Shown: positions 63,256 to 64,000 of the stretch, piece by piece
Layout of the letters: every line of letters begins with the position of its first letter
Position numbering within the stretch: position 1 is the stretch's first letter
NCBI GenBank assembly: GCA_028826165.1
Contig: JAPDFW010000059.1
Span: 186,001-250,000, forward strand
DNA from: Anaeramoeba ignava BMAN
Taxonomy: Eukaryota > Protista > Anaeramoebae
DNA: 64,000 nucleotides
Reading direction: 5' to 3'
The notes under the pieces: model-generated
The model's input: only the letters and a program-made list of their open reading frames with translations
Told to the model about the DNA's origin: nothing
Database searches by the model: none
Position numbers and translations under genes: made by a program

Positions 63256-64000
63256 AAATTGATCAAATTCATCAATAAATTAAAAAGAAGAAAAATAAGA
63301 AGAGCAAAAAATTCAATTAGAAATCTTCTTTTTGGGTTATTTAATATTTAAACAATAAATAATTTTTTACTAAAATAGGATCACAAAAATCAAATAAATA
63401 TTTAAATATAAAAACAATTTTCAAGAAAAAGATAGATTAATTATTATTTTATTCAAGAATTTTGGAAAGCAAAAAAAAAAAGAATTTGATTTGCTTTTTT
63501 ACTTCTTTAAATTGAAAATATAACTGGCAATCTCATTTTAAATTTCTAAATAATAAAAGAAAATAAACTAAATTTTGAATATTGATCTTGTTTCCAATTT
63601 TGAATTTATTTAATCATAAAAATAATAAACAAACGGGGATAAAATAATTAAAAAAAAAAAAAAACTAATTATCAATAAATTAAATTTTAATAATTTGAAT
63701 CATTTTCAAAACTAATTTCTTTCCAAATAGTTTTATTGAAAAATATTTTAATTGGAAATTAACAATTCTATTTTAAGAATCATTTTAGAAATAATATTTT
63801 TAAACAAATTTAAAAAATTTTCCCTTTATTTAAAAAAAAATAGAATATAAAGTAAAAATAAATTAACTTCATAATATGAGTAATAAATAATTTTTTAATT
63901 AGAAACGTATCCATAAATAATTAGGAAATAAAAAGATGAATTGATTTTATTAATTAAATTATTAAATAAACTTTATTGATAACAGATAATTTTTTAAATA

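Overview
Very AT-rich eukaryotic (protist) nuclear DNA using the standard genetic code and GT-AG spliceosomal introns. The mix of RCC1-BTB, ankyrin-BTB, Ras-BTB, FG-GAP/FN3 surface proteins, RGS-DUF547 and (NQ/NE)n tracts resembles Anaeramoeba-type metamonads, but this taxon call is an inference. About 19 protein genes can be reconstructed by hand: VPS41 (partial), ankyrin-BTB, histidine acid phosphatase, NOG1, CWH43/PGAP2IP-like, ankyrin-DH-PH RhoGEF, RMC1, a low-complexity ORF, LAMTOR4 (absent from the ORF track), HDDC2, actin, two FG-GAP/FN3 membrane proteins, two RCC1-BTB, a degenerate Ras-BTB-CaaX, two TM-RING-H2, RGS-DUF547 and a PH-like repeat protein. Introns and intergenic spacers hold many locus-private AT-only tandem arrays. 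The main unexplained structure is that several arrays are built from, or have captured, pieces of the adjacent gene ends at microhomologies. This points to local template-switch amplification, either biological or an amplification/assembly artefact. Also notable are a tandem TCATTT initiator-like element before nearly every ATG, very degenerate splice signals with frequent AAG acceptors, and GC enrichment in the middle of long exons. No rRNA, tRNA, CRISPR or transposase was recognised.
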